NCBI GenBank assembly: GCA_964016885.1
Contig: OZ024760.1
Location: forward strand, 9,796,001 to 9,860,000
Source: Eledone cirrhosa
Lineage: Eukaryota
Reading direction: 5' to 3'
Length of the DNA: 64,000 bases
Below are positions 42,511 through 54,177 of this stretch, in pieces. Numbering within the stretch: the first letter of the stretch is position 1; each line of letters starts with the position of its first letter. The notes beneath the pieces are model-generated. The model saw nothing but the letters and a program-made list of their open reading frames with translations, made no database searches and was not told the DNA's origin. The position numbers and the translations under genes were made by a program.

Positions 42511-43037
42511 GTATATAATAGAAAAAAATGAGTAAGTTCGTTTACATATGAGAAATATTTATTGCGTATCGACCTGTTACGTGTGTTTCACAGAGGATTG
42601 GCTCAAGGTGACTCATAGGGGTTATGGATCTGACTCCAGTATCGATGTGCTCCTCAGACTGGTGATGTGACAAAAGATATATTTTTGTTGTGGTATGTGG
42701 ACCGAGAAGGTATATATATATATATAGGCATTGGCCCTATTTTGTGTGTGTGTGGATGTGTGTGTGTATTTTGGTGTAAAATTGGGGGAGTGGCAATGCG
42801 GGTGTGTATTCACTGGTATTCATGTGCGTATTTATGTGAGTGCGTGAGCAATTAAGGATTCGTGTTTGTATGTGTGGGTGCATTTTGGAATGTGTAATGG
42901 TCAGATTGATACTGGAGTCAGGTCCATAACCCCTATGGGTCACCTTGAGCCAATCCTCTGTGAAACACACGTAACAAGTCGATACGCAATAAATATTTCT
43001 CATATGTAAACAAAACTTCCTCATTTTTTCTATTATA
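42511..43037. repeat. Inverted repeat (about 130-bp arms, about 265-bp spacer) with a minus-strand hammerhead-like motif at about 42571-42664
   Basis: Minus strand: accagu-CUGAGGA-GCA...UGU-GAAAC-ACAC-GUA|acaggu; the right arm lacks the CUGA core. Confidence 0.75.
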
Positions 43038-43047
43038 TATATATATA

Positions 43048-43670
43048 TGTTGGTACCACAACATCCAGCCCGAAACAAATGAGGTCGTGTAGGTGTCATG
43101 ACAAAAAAACACACAGTCCACGCTGTAATGTGGCCGTGTAGGCAACACGGTAAAAACCTCCCAGCCCCACACTGTAAATGTGGTTGGTGTTAGGAAGGGC
43201 ATCCAGCCGTAGAAAACCCGCCAGACAGTCCACGCTGTAATGTGGCCATGTAGGCAACACGGTAAAAACCTCCCAGCCCCACACTGTAAACGTGGTTGGT
43301 GTTAGGAAGGGCATCCAGCCGTAGAAAACCCGCCACACAGTCCACGCTGTAATGTGGCCATGTAGGCAACACGGTAAAAACCTCCCAGCCCCACACTGTA
43401 AATGTGGTTGGTGTTAGGAAGGGCATCCAGCTGTAGAAAACCCGCCAGACAGTCCACGCTGTAATGTGGCCGTGTAGGCAACACGGTAAAAACCTCCCAG
43501 CCCCACACTGTAAACGTGGTTGGTGTTAGGAAGGGCATCCAGCCGTAGAAAACCCGCCAGACAGTCCTATGCGAGCAGGACAACCACTCTTGCCTCAAGT
43601 GGGAAAACTCCCGTCCACACCCGTGCAAGCGTGGAATATGGACGTTAAACGATGATGATGATGATGATGA
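43048..43670 (+). mobile_element. SINE / RTE-tail repeat with an internal 112-bp segment in 4 tandem copies
   Basis: acagtcc at 43113, 43225, 43337, 43449 and 43561; single copy in 55940-56197. Confidence 0.85.
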
Positions 43671-43832
43671 TATATGGGATAAGTTATCATTATAGGTAAT
43701 CTAATTAGAGGTTGTGAGTACTCTGCGCCGTGGATAGTTTTAACGTACGGCTTTGTTTGACTCAACAAGATGTTTCCATAGTTAGGCAGCGAGTTCGCGG
43801 TAATTCCTATGGACGTTATACTTGGAGTAATA

Positions 43833-44026
43833 ATAGTGAAAGAATGAAGAATAAGATGGTCGGCTGTACAAGAAGGGGCTTTATTTCAGGTATTAACAAT
43901 TGTTTCATTGATCAGGTGAGCGATTAGCGGCCTCTAGACTCACCTGATCAATGAAACAATTGTCAATACCTGAAATAAAGCCCCTTGTTGTACAGCCAAC
44001 CATGTTACTCTTCATTCTTTCACTAT
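43833..44026. repeat. Inverted repeat (about 88-bp arms) with hammerhead 3' half GAAACAATTGTC
   Basis: Arms reverse-complementary around 43921-43938. Confidence 0.85.
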
Positions 44027-44077
44027 ATATATATTTTATATATATATATATATTATATATTATATATATATATATAT

Positions 44078-44205
44078 AATTTAATGTAGAAATGGCTTCT
44101 ACAGGACTAGAACTATTTCATTCAAAAGAAATCATCAAGAAAGCCCGATGATTTCTTTCAAACGAAATACGTCTAGTCCTGTAGAAGACATTTCTATATT
44201 AAATT
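44078..44205. repeat. Degenerate inverted repeat, same family as 56497-56618
   Basis: cttctacaggactag / ctagtcctgtagaag arms. Confidence 0.8.
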
Positions 44206-44273
44206 TTGTATATACTCTACTAATGTATTGAGTACTTCACTTACTGTGCTTATCTCTGATTGAACCTGGGACT

Positions 44274-44307
<34 letters not shown>

Positions 44308-44553
44308 ATATAAATCACCTGGGTGAACCTACAGTAACTTCACGTTACACTCCCTGGATACACACACGCACACACATATATATATATATATATGTTATAT
44401 ATATATATATATATATGTTATATATATATATATATATGTTATATATATATATATGTTATATATATATGTATACCTATGTTATATATATATATATAACATA
44501 TGTATAATAAAGTAAAATAAAAGTCAAATGTTTAATATTTAGCTTCATTTATT

Positions 44554-44608
44554 ACTGCTATATATATTTCAGTGACAGCCATCTTTGGCTGTGACCTCTT
44601 CAGGCAGT
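44554..44608 (-). ncRNA. Minimal type I hammerhead ribozyme motif, inverted copy
   Basis: Reverse complement of 44818-44872 with one C-to-U change at the base of stem II. Confidence 0.7.
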
Positions 44609-44817
44609 CCGAATTAGTGTGGTAGAGACGAGTACACATGTTGTTGAGGTGTTTAATTTTGTCAATACTCTGGTTGTTATTTCACTGAGGAACTGGAATC
44701 ATATGATTCCAGTTCCTCAGTGAAATAACAACCCAACCAGGAACTGGGCATATCAGAGTATTGACAAAGTTATACACCTCAACAACATATGTACTTGTCT
44801 ATACCACACTAATTCGG

Positions 44818-44872
44818 ACTGCCTGAAGAGGTCACAGCCAAAGATGGCTGTCACCGAAATATATATAGCAGT
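44818..44872 (+). ncRNA. Minimal type I hammerhead ribozyme motif
   Basis: ACUGC-CUGAAGA-GGUcACAGCCA(AAGA)UGGCUGUcACC-GAAA-U(AUAU)AUA|GCAGU: 5-bp stem I, long stem II, palindromic stem III, AUA triplet. Confidence 0.8.
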
Positions 44873-45470
44873 AATAAACGAAGCTAAATTTTAAACATTT
44901 GACTTTTTATTTAACTTTATTTTACACTACTCCGGAGTCACCAAACCAACCTGCGCACTTCGTCGAGTGCTCCAGCCTGCATACTGAGGTGTTGGTATAC
45001 AACCAACATATACTCAAAATATAACATATGTATATATAGATATATATATGATATATATATATGTGTGTGTGTGTATATATATATATATACATACATACAT
45101 GTATGTATGTGTGTATACATATGTGTAAATAAACATTGGTTGTATCGAAAAGTATTGAGACAAAGTGCTGAAGACATATATAATTCATAAAAAAAAGTTT
45201 CAAACTGGAACACGAGGAACAGCTGTTAAAATATCCAAATACCGGCAATGGCTTCCATATTGTTGTCATTGACGACATTTCGCTGTTTTAACAGCTGTTC
45301 CTTGCATTTCTCTTGCAAACTTATTCTATATTTCATATATACATACATATACGATACAATGTTTTGTGATGTAAAATATAATTAGTTATGTCATCATTTC
45401 TATTGTACAGTATTGAAAGGAAAATATTTCCTGTTCTCACCCCTTTTTTTTTCCAATGTCTCTGTTTCAG

Positions 45471-45597
45471 GATGGGGTTTCATTGGCCCCCGTTTCACAG
45501 TGTTAACCATCTCCATCTGCACGTCATCTCACCATTGAAAGAAATGACGTCATTGTCTCGAGGCATGTTTAAACTCAACTCCTTTTGGTTTGTTAGT
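45471..45597 (+). CDS. HINT3: HINT3-like exon C containing the histidine triad (MGFHWPPFHSVNHLHLHVISP...NSFWFVS)
   Basis: tctgtttcag acceptor, gtaagt donor, 127 bp, phase 2 to 0; GFHWPPF..HLHLHV is characteristic of HINT3. Confidence 0.93.
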
Positions 45598-45666
45598 GTA
45601 AGTCTTCCTTTGTATTCCTTCTTTAGTTTGTTGCTTTTTCTCTCCTTTGTTATTCTCACCAAACTG

Positions 45667-46565
45667 CCTAGGGCTTGCTTTCCTTGCAACTACAACATCC
45701 ACCTAGGGCTTGCTTTCCTTGCAACTACAACATCCACCTAGGGCTTGCTTTCCTTGCAACTACAACATTCACCTAGGGCTTGCTTTCCTTACAACTAAAC
45801 ATTCACCTAGGGCTTGCTTTCCTTGCAACTACAACATTCACCTAGGGCTTGCTTTCCTTGCAACTACAACATCCACCTAGGGCTTGCTTTCCTTACAACT
45901 AAACATTCACCTAGGGCTTGCTTTCCTTGCAACTACAACATTCACCTAGGGCTTGCTTTCCTTGCAACTACAACATTCACCTAGGGCTTGCTTTCCTTGC
46001 AACTACAACATTCACCTAGGGCTTGCTTTCCTTGCAACTACAACATTCACCTAGGGCTTGCTTTCCTTGCAACTACAACATCCACCTATGGCTTGCTTTC
46101 CTTGCAACTACAACATCCACCTAGGGCTTGCTTTCCTTGCAACTACAACATTCACCTAGGGCTTGCTTTCCTTGCAACTACAACATTCACCTAGGGCTTG
46201 CTTTCCTTGCAACTACAACATTCACCTAGGGCTTGCTTTCCTTGCAACTACAACATCCACCTATGGCTTGCTTTCCTTGCAACTACAACATTCACCTAGG
46301 GCTTGCTTTCCTTACAACTAAACATTCACCTAGGGCTTGCTTTCCTTGCAACTACAACATTCACCTAGGGCTTGCTTTCCTTGCAACTACAACATTCACC
46401 TAGGGCTTGCTTTCCTTGCAACTACAACATTCACCTAGGGCTTGCTTTCCTTGCAACTACAACATCCACCTAGGGCTTGCTTTCCTTGCAACTATAACAT
46501 TCACCTAGGGCTTGCTTTCCTTACAACTAAACATTCACCTAGGGCTTGCTTTCCTTACAACTACC
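45667..46565. repeat. 35-bp minisatellite, about 26 copies, starting about 70 bp after the exon C donor
   Basis: Unit cctagggcttgctttccttgcaactacaacattca. Confidence 0.95.
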
Positions 46566-46610
46566 TAGGCCTTAATATTTAATTTAGAGACCTTATATTG
46601 TTTTTGCACA

Positions 46611-46799
46611 TATGAAGGCTGGCTGAAAAGTTCATAGGCTGACTATTGAAAGATTGATGCTCGAGCTCTGAAATCTTGCATGCATTAATTTCAACACTGA
46701 ATTGTTTCTTTCCGGGTACTGTATTGAAAAATAAACCTCATTTGGTCATTCCATGAGAGAATCTTGACCAGCCTATGAACTTTTCAGCCAACCCTCATA
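46611..46799. mobile_element. Mariner-type MITE
   Basis: TA-flanked TIRs of about 30 bp: tgaaggctggctgaaaagttcataggctg / cagcctatgaacttttcagccaaccctca. Confidence 0.8.
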
Positions 46800-47216
46800 C
46801 ACAAACATGCGTATGCGTGTGTATTGAGTGTCAGTTTTGCATTTTATCATTGCAATCAATTTGCTGTAGTGTATTCAGTCTTAAGTACTCCATGACTGTC
46901 AGTTGTACCTATCTAAGTAAGATCTGGTATCACATAGATTGCTACTTAATGGAGTATTGCTATGTTAATAAATATGAAGACATGGTTCTACTTTTCCATA
47001 CTTCAGTTTATTGAATAACAACCTTTATGCACATTTCCAAGGCTTCGAATGATTGTTACATAAGAATAACTTAAGTTGGCTGTGTCTTAATCAGTATTTA
47101 TATTAAACTACCTCTTCTTAAATAATAAATCTTCCTCTAATTTTCATATCTCGTTGGTAATTTGTTCTTTTCTTTCTTGTCATCTTCTTCTTCTTCTTCT
47201 TCTTCTTTCTTTACAG

Positions 47217-47261
47217 CCTGTTTGGGTTCTGGCCAGACTAAAGAATTCTATTCCGAAATAA
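47217..47261 (+). CDS. HINT3: HINT3-like probable last coding exon (PVWVLARLKNSIPK*)
   Basis: Long pyrimidine tract ending ttacag, phase 0, short C-terminus then TAA; AATAAA at 47516-47521. Confidence 0.65.
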   Translation, partial: PVWVLARLKNSIPK

Positions 47262-47460
47262 CAACATGGAGTATTAACAATTCTCATGATGATGATGGCA
47301 ATGATGGTGATGATGATGATAGAAAGGACAAAAACAATGATGGTGACGGGGGGAGGGGGGGGGGGCTGTAGATGATGATGATGATGGTGTTTATGAAAAA
47401 ATTATGATGATAGTCATGACGATGGCAATGGTGGTGGTGGAGATGGTGATGATGGTGACA

Positions 47461-47492
<32 letters not shown>

Positions 47493-47539
47493 AACCTTAC
47501 CTAAATATACTACAAAATAAAAACTTTAAACCTCATCTT

Positions 47540-47719
47540 TTAGTGTATGTGTGTATGTGTATGTACATTTGTATGTGTGTGTGTGTGTGTTAATATGTGT
47601 GTGTGCATGTGTTAATATGTGTGTGTATGTATGTGTGTGTGTGTGTGTATGTGATCACCACCACTGTGACTACCACCACCACAGCCACCATCTAAACAAC
47701 CACGGATGCTTATTCACAC

Positions 47720-47764
<45 letters not shown>

Positions 47765-47853
47765 AAAAATATATATAGATACATATATCTGTAAACACAG
47801 ACACACAGACGTATATATATATATATATATATACATACAAAAGCACACACATG

Positions 47854-47888
<35 letters not shown>

Positions 47889-48102
47889 GTATATGTGTGT
47901 GTATATATATAAACATACATATATATATACATATATTTATATATATACATATATATATACATATATATACATATATTTATATATATACATATATATATAC
48001 ATATATATATACATATATATACATATATAGATACATATATATATATACATATATATATACATATATATATACATATATATACATATATATACATATATAT
48101 AC

Positions 48103-48161
<59 letters not shown>

Positions 48162-48862
48162 CATATATATATACATATATATACATATATATACATATAT
48201 ATATACATATATATATACATATATATATAATATATAAGATCAAAAGATGGTTAAATGAGTTCCATGTATTTTATTATGCGCATTTCAAAAACAAACATCA
48301 TCATGCAATAACATTTGCGTTTTCGTCAGATAAAATAGGGAGACATGATATGAAGGTTAAAACACACTTGTGGATAGTGCAGTTTTAAATCAACATATAA
48401 GTAGCACTCTACAAACTGTAGCATATATGTATATATACATATATGTATATATATACATATATATATATACACATATATATATACACATATATATATATAC
48501 ACATATATATATACACATATATATATACACATATATATATACACATATATATATATATACACATATATATACACATATATATATACACATATATATATAT
48601 ACACATATATATATATACACATATATATATATATATACACATATATATATACACATATATATATACACATATATATATACACATATATATATACACATAT
48701 ATATATATATACACATATATATATATATATACACATATATATATATATATACACATATATATATATACATACACATATATATATATACATATATATACAT
48801 ATATATATATATACATATATATATACATACATATATATATATATACATACATACATATATAG
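47540..48862. repeat. (TG)/(CA)/(TA) microsatellite tracts
   Basis: Visible. Confidence 0.9.
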
Positions 48863-49157
48863 AATGGAAAATCAAAAGATTTGCCAGAATCAAAACATCT
48901 TTTATTGTATCTATATTTCATTAACAAAATAATAGAATCGATAATTTTGATTAATTAATTGGTTTTCGTCAGGCTCATTAGGAATAATAAATGAGTAGAA
49001 ATGTCGAATAGAGTGTAAAATATATAATTTATTATGAGAAGACATCATATGTTAAATGGTCTGGATGGTTTAAGACATATCATGTAATTACGGTAAGAAG
49101 AAGAAAATTCTTTCTAAAAAACAAAAGGCAGATAACCTGTATATATATATATAAACA

Positions 49158-49486
49158 TACGATATATTAACAAATGGAAACTATATTTATAAAACCATAT
49201 TTATTTCATTATACATATTTCAGGGATACCAAATTAAATTATGGTATGCCTTCATCAGACAAAATACTATGATTTATTAAAATAATATAAACAACTCACT
49301 ATCCGAATGGCTTCCAAAAATAATGGTTGCATTTTAATAGGGTACGTCAAAGCTTATTTGTAAAACTGTTATATATTGTATTTTGTCTGATGAAGGCATA
49401 CCATAATTTAATTTGGTATCCCTGAAATATGTATAATGAAATAAATATGGTTTTATAAATATAGTTTACATTTATTAATATCGTAT
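49158..49486. repeat. Inverted repeat (about 110-bp arms), each arm with a hammerhead motif (49204-49264 minus; 49381-49441 plus)
   Basis: UUUUGU-CUGAUGA-AGGcAUACCA...UGGUAUcCCU-GAAA-U(AUGU)AUA|AUGAAA; third copy at 56921-56980. Confidence 0.8.
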
Positions 49487-49575
49487 ATCTACTCCAAAAA
49501 CTTGTCGAGTGCTTTATATCAGTTATAAAAATATTTACTTGTTGTATCCCAACAATTTTAAATAGAACTTTTGCA

Positions 49576-49677
<102 letters not shown>

Positions 49678-49746
49678 CTTGTGTAAAATGGTAGCTAGGC
49701 GGTATGCCAAAATTAGCACTCAATATTCAGCAGAGTAGAGTGTGGA

Positions 49747-50003
49747 TAGTATAAAAAAACGAAAAATCAGTGATGCATCTGGACTCGGTTTATTGCATGT
49801 TACAATTGTTTAGCCGGCAGGTAGCTCGAGACATGGTCCCTGAATGGGATCTGGCTGATTCTACGTGTGTCTGAAGGAACCTGCAGCCGTAGAATCAGCC
49901 AGATCCATACAGGGACCACGTCTCGAGCTATCTGCCGGCGAAACAATTGTAACACGCAATAAATTGAGTCCAGATGCATCACTGATTTTTCGTTTTTTTA
50001 TAC

Positions 50004-50006
<3 letters not shown>
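49747..50006. repeat. Inverted repeat (about 120-bp arms) with hammerhead-like GAAACAATTGTA
   Basis: Arms reverse-complementary around 49867-49887. Confidence 0.85.
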
Positions 50007-50040
<34 letters not shown>

Positions 50041-50282
50041 TCATTATCATTATCATCATTTAATGTCTATCTTCCGCGCTAGCATGGGTACATATATGAT
50101 ATATATGTGTATGTATGTATATAGATAAATATATATATATATGTATATAGATAAATATATATATATATGCATGTATATATATATATATATATGTAGATAT
50201 GTGTAGATATATATATGTAAATGTATATATATGCATATATATATGTAAATGTATATATATGCATATATATATGTAAATCATT

Positions 50283-50619
50283 TCATCATCATTTCATTTT
50301 ACATCCACTTTTCCCTGCTTGCAAGGGTGGGACGGGAACTGATTCTGGCTTGATTTCTACAGCTGGATGCCCTTCCTAACACCAACCTCATTTACAGTGA
50401 GTGCTGGATGCTTTTTTGGCGTGGCACCTCCACAACCACTTTGCAGTGGAATGATAGGGACCCTAGTCCCTATCATCTCATTTCTACAGCTGAGTAAACT
50501 GGAGCAATGTGAAATAAAGTGTCTTGCTCAAGGAAACAGCACATCACCCGCTCTGAGAATTGAACTCACAACCTTTCGATTGCAAGGCCAATGCTCTAAC
50601 CACTAAGCCATGTGCCTCC
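50283..50619 (-). mobile_element. Composite SINE copy
   Basis: Near identity to 4224-4559. Confidence 0.85.
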
Positions 50620-50634
50620 ATATATATATATAAG

Positions 50635-50922
50635 GGATAGAATGTAGTGTACGAGAGAGGAGACTGAGGTAGTATGGACATGTGATGCGCATGGAGGATG
50701 ACCGATGGGTGAAGAAGTGCCAGGAAATGCCAGTTGAAGGAAGACGTGGTAGAGGTAGACCACGAAAAACATGGGCGGAGGTGGTGAGAACAGACCTCAG
50801 ATCGCTCAAGTTCACGGTGGAGATGACAAAGGACCGTGATAAGTGGGGAGATGCTGTGCTGAATAAGACCCATCCCACCCTTGCAAGCAGGGAAAAGCGG
50901 ACGTAAAATGATGATGATGATG
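50635..50922 (+). mobile_element. RTE-type LINE 3' end with (ATG)n tail
   Basis: [12 protein letters not shown]...GRGRPRKTW; terminal cccacccttgcaagcagggaaaagcggacgtaaaatgatg shared with the composite SINE. Confidence 0.85.
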
Positions 50923-51019
50923 AAAGAGATACTGCCAAGCATGAGACCATTTTCCATGGAGAGGACATGAAGAAAATAATACAGGGATACAGATATACTA
51001 ATAATTAACATAACAATAC

Positions 51020-51165
51020 TAAAGAACTAACTACATATATGTGGTGCGACATGTTTGTAACACACTATATCTGTTTTGTGTACATGGTGGGCTTTTAACA
51101 GTTTATATATATATATAAACTGTTAAAAGCCCACCATGTCGCACCACATATGTAGTTAGTTCTTT
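51020..51165. repeat. Nested inverted repeat with a perfect inner palindrome (51083-51138) centred on (TA)n
   Basis: catggtgggcttttaacagttt / aaactgttaaaagcccaccatg. Confidence 0.85.
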
Positions 51166-51568
51166 ATATATATGTATGTATGTGTGTGTGTGTGTGTTTC
51201 CGTATATGTATAAATATATATGTATGCCCACACATACACACAAATATATATATATTGTGTAAAATATATGGTTTGTATCTGACTGTATGTGTTTTATAGG
51301 GCATGATTGTAACAAACGTCTCATGTATAATGTTACAGAGGGTGTGGTCTGCCACATGGGGTGTGGTCTGCCACATGGGGTGTGGTCTGCCACAGAGGGT
51401 GTGGGCTGTTACAGAGGGTGAAGTCTGCCACAAGGGGTGTGGTCTTTCACAGGGGGTGTGGTTTGTTACAGATTTGCCTGGATATATAACAACAGTTGTT
51501 TAGTTGGTTAAAAAGATTTTAAACAGTGGAATAAATTGACATAAATGATAAAGTTTGCGTTTTTCATT

Positions 51569-51599
<31 letters not shown>

Positions 51600-51780
51600 T
51601 TGTATGTGATACATACTTTTATATGTCTAAATGTACGTGTCTGTATGTAGATCAGTTCTTCTTTGGGGGTAAATGCATTCAATGTTCAGAGAGTGGGATC
51701 GGCCCCGTGCAAAGTTTTCCTCACTTAAAAAAGTTTCAGGCACAGGCATCGCTTGATATGTTTACATTTGTTTGTGATGT

Positions 51781-52603
51781 ATGGCATTGCTGGCCCTGGG
51801 CAGGCTCCTGGGGGGACTGAAGGGCCATGTCTGTGATGCTTATGCTTGAGTGTTAACTGATGGCATTGCTGGCCCTGGGCAGGTTCCTGGGGGGACTGAA
51901 GGACCATGTCTGTGATGCTTATGCTTGAGTGTTAACTGATGGCATTGCTGGCTCTGGGCAGGTTCCTGGGGGGACTGAAGGGCCATGTCTGTGATGCTTA
52001 TGCTTGAGTGTTAACTGATGGCATTGCTGGCCCTGGGCAGGTTCCTGGGGGGACTGAAGGACCATGTCTGTGATGCTTATGCTTGAGTGTTAACTGATGG
52101 CATTGCTGGCCCTGGGCAGGTTCCTGGGGGGACTGAAGGGCCATGTCTGTGGGGACTGAAGGGCCATGTCTGTGATGCTTATGCTTGAGTGTTAACTGAT
52201 GGCATTGCTGGCCCTGGGCAGTTTCCTGGGGGGACTGAAGGACCATGTCTGTGATGCTTATGCTTGAGTGTTAACTGATGGCATTGCTGGCCCTGGGCAG
52301 GTTCCTGGGGGGACTGAAGGACCATGCCTGTGATGCTTATGCTTGAGTGTTAACTGATGGCATTGCTGGCCCTGGGCAGGTTCCTGGGGGGACTGAAGGG
52401 CCATGCCTGTGATGCTTATGCTTGAGTGTTAACTGATGGCATTGCTGGCCCTGGGCAGGTTCCTGGCGGGACTGAAGGGCTATGTCTGTGATGCTTATGC
52501 TTGAGTGTTAACTGATGGCATTGCTGGCCCTGGGCAGGTTCCTGGGGGGACTGAAGGGCCATGTCTGTGATGCTTATGCTTGAGTGTTAACTGATGGCAT
52601 TGC
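51781..52603. repeat. 79-bp minisatellite, about 10 copies, probably inside a LINE remnant
   Basis: Unit atggcattgctggccctgggcaggttcctggggggactgaagggccatgtctgtgatgcttatgcttgagtgttaactg. Confidence 0.92.
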
Positions 52604-52634
52604 TCGAAGTTGAGTTGCAGTCATCATCTATTCA

Positions 52635-52934
52635 TTGTATCTATGTCTCATGTTTGTAGGTTTGTCTGTATTGCCAGGGAGAAATGAAGCCAATTGTGAG
52701 ATGGTTCTACCAATATACCCTCCGCAGTACATTTGCAATGAGTGTGGCTTAATAAGCAAGTCAGCTGGTGGATTGACCAGACATTGTAACATACATGAAG
52801 TCACAGCCCATATGATAGTGCCAGGAGACAGGCAGTTGTTGTGTCACATCTGTGAACTTGCTTGCAAAACAAAAACTGGTCTGGAAAGTCTCATGCATGC
52901 AGTTGGTCGTGCAATGTTCAGTGACAAGAAGTAA
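52635..52934 (+). mobile_element. Degenerate C2H2 zinc-finger fragment, probably a LINE C-terminus
   Basis: YICNECGLISKSAGGLTRHCNIH and CHICELACKTKTGL; similar remnant at 62500-62850. Confidence 0.5.
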
Positions 52935-52957
52935 CAATCAACATGTATGTACTGATA

Positions 52958-53550
52958 GAGGGGTGTGAAGGTGTGGCTGTGTGGATGGGAGGGTGTGAAG
53001 GTGTGGCTGTGGATGGGAGGGTGTGGCTGTGGATGGGAGCGTGTGAAGGTGTGGCTGTGGATGGGTGGATGTGAAGGTGTGGCTATGGATTGGAGGGTGT
53101 GAAGGTGTGGTATGGATGGGAGGGTGTGAAGGTGTGGCTGTGGATGGGAGGGTGTGAAGGTGTGGCTGTATGGAAGGGAGGGTGTAAAGGTGTGGCTGTG
53201 GATTGGAGGGTGTGGCTATGGGTGGGAGGGTGTGAAGGTGTGGCTGTGGATGGAAGGGAGGGTGTGAAGGTGTGGCTGTGGATCGGAGGGTGTGAAAGTG
53301 TGGCTATGGATGGGAGGGTGTGAAGGTGTGGCTGTGGATGGAAGGGAGGGTGTGAAGGTGTGGCTGTGGATCGGAGGGTGTGAAAGTGTGGCTATGGGTG
53401 GGAGGGTGTGAAGGTGTGGCTGTGGATGGAAGGGAGGGTGTGAAGGTGTGGCTATGGATGGGAGGGTGTGAAGGTGTGGCTGTAGATGGGAAGGTGTGGC
53501 TATGGATGGGAGGATGTGAAGGTGTGGCTATGGATGGGAGGGTGTGAAGA
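52958..53550. repeat. G-rich minisatellite of about 28 bp (gggagggtgtgaaggtgtggctgtggat)
   Basis: Visible. Confidence 0.9.
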
Positions 53551-53902
53551 TATAGCTGTATGAAAGCATACATTATTCATGAATAATTCAAGGACATGGA
53601 GATTGTGAACAAAAGATATTGTGATGAAAATATATTTAATTGTTGAAAGTAAAATGAAATTGGTTGGAATGTAATTGTTTCTACATTTGGCAGTGAAACA
53701 GAGTTTCAAGAATGTCATATACAAGTTGAAACGAGAGAGCATCTTTTCTCTGGTAGACACACAATAAATAGATTTTTGGAAAAGTTTCAGGAATTTTTCC
53801 AATTCAGCATTGCTTTCCCAGTGATGTGGGCCCCAGCTGAAGTGGAGGAGCGTTCTCTGGTGTGTGGGCTGCCATGCGGTCCCAGCAGATAGAAGGGAGG
53901 GA

Positions 53903-54177
53903 GAAAACATCCAGGAGGAGAATTAGGGAGACATGTTGCAACAAAGAGTTGTAGAATATAGTCAGAGACACAGTGGTGAGGCATCATTGTGAAAACATCC
54001 AGGAGGAGAATGAGGGAGACATGTTGCAACAAAGAGTTGTAGAATATAGACAGAGGCACAGTGGTGAGGCATCATTGTGAAAACATCCAGGAGGAGAATG
54101 AGGGAGACATGTTGCAACAAAGAGTCGTAGAATGTAGACAGAGGCACAGAGATCAGACATCATTGTGAAAACATCCA
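53903..54177. repeat. 88-bp tandem repeat, 3 copies
   Basis: gaaaacatcc at 53903, 53991, 54079 and 54167. Confidence 0.9.

Larger units (their letters stand above)
44507..44921. repeat. Long inverted repeat with a nested perfect 62-bp palindrome (44672-44733)
   Basis: Outer arms about 165 bp; inner palindrome centred on catatg. Confidence 0.9.

Noticed and set aside
52635-52934. Host C2H2 zinc-finger gene
   Set aside because: Degenerate fingers, no canonical linkers, and a similar decayed piece at 62.5-62.8 kb; more likely a LINE tail
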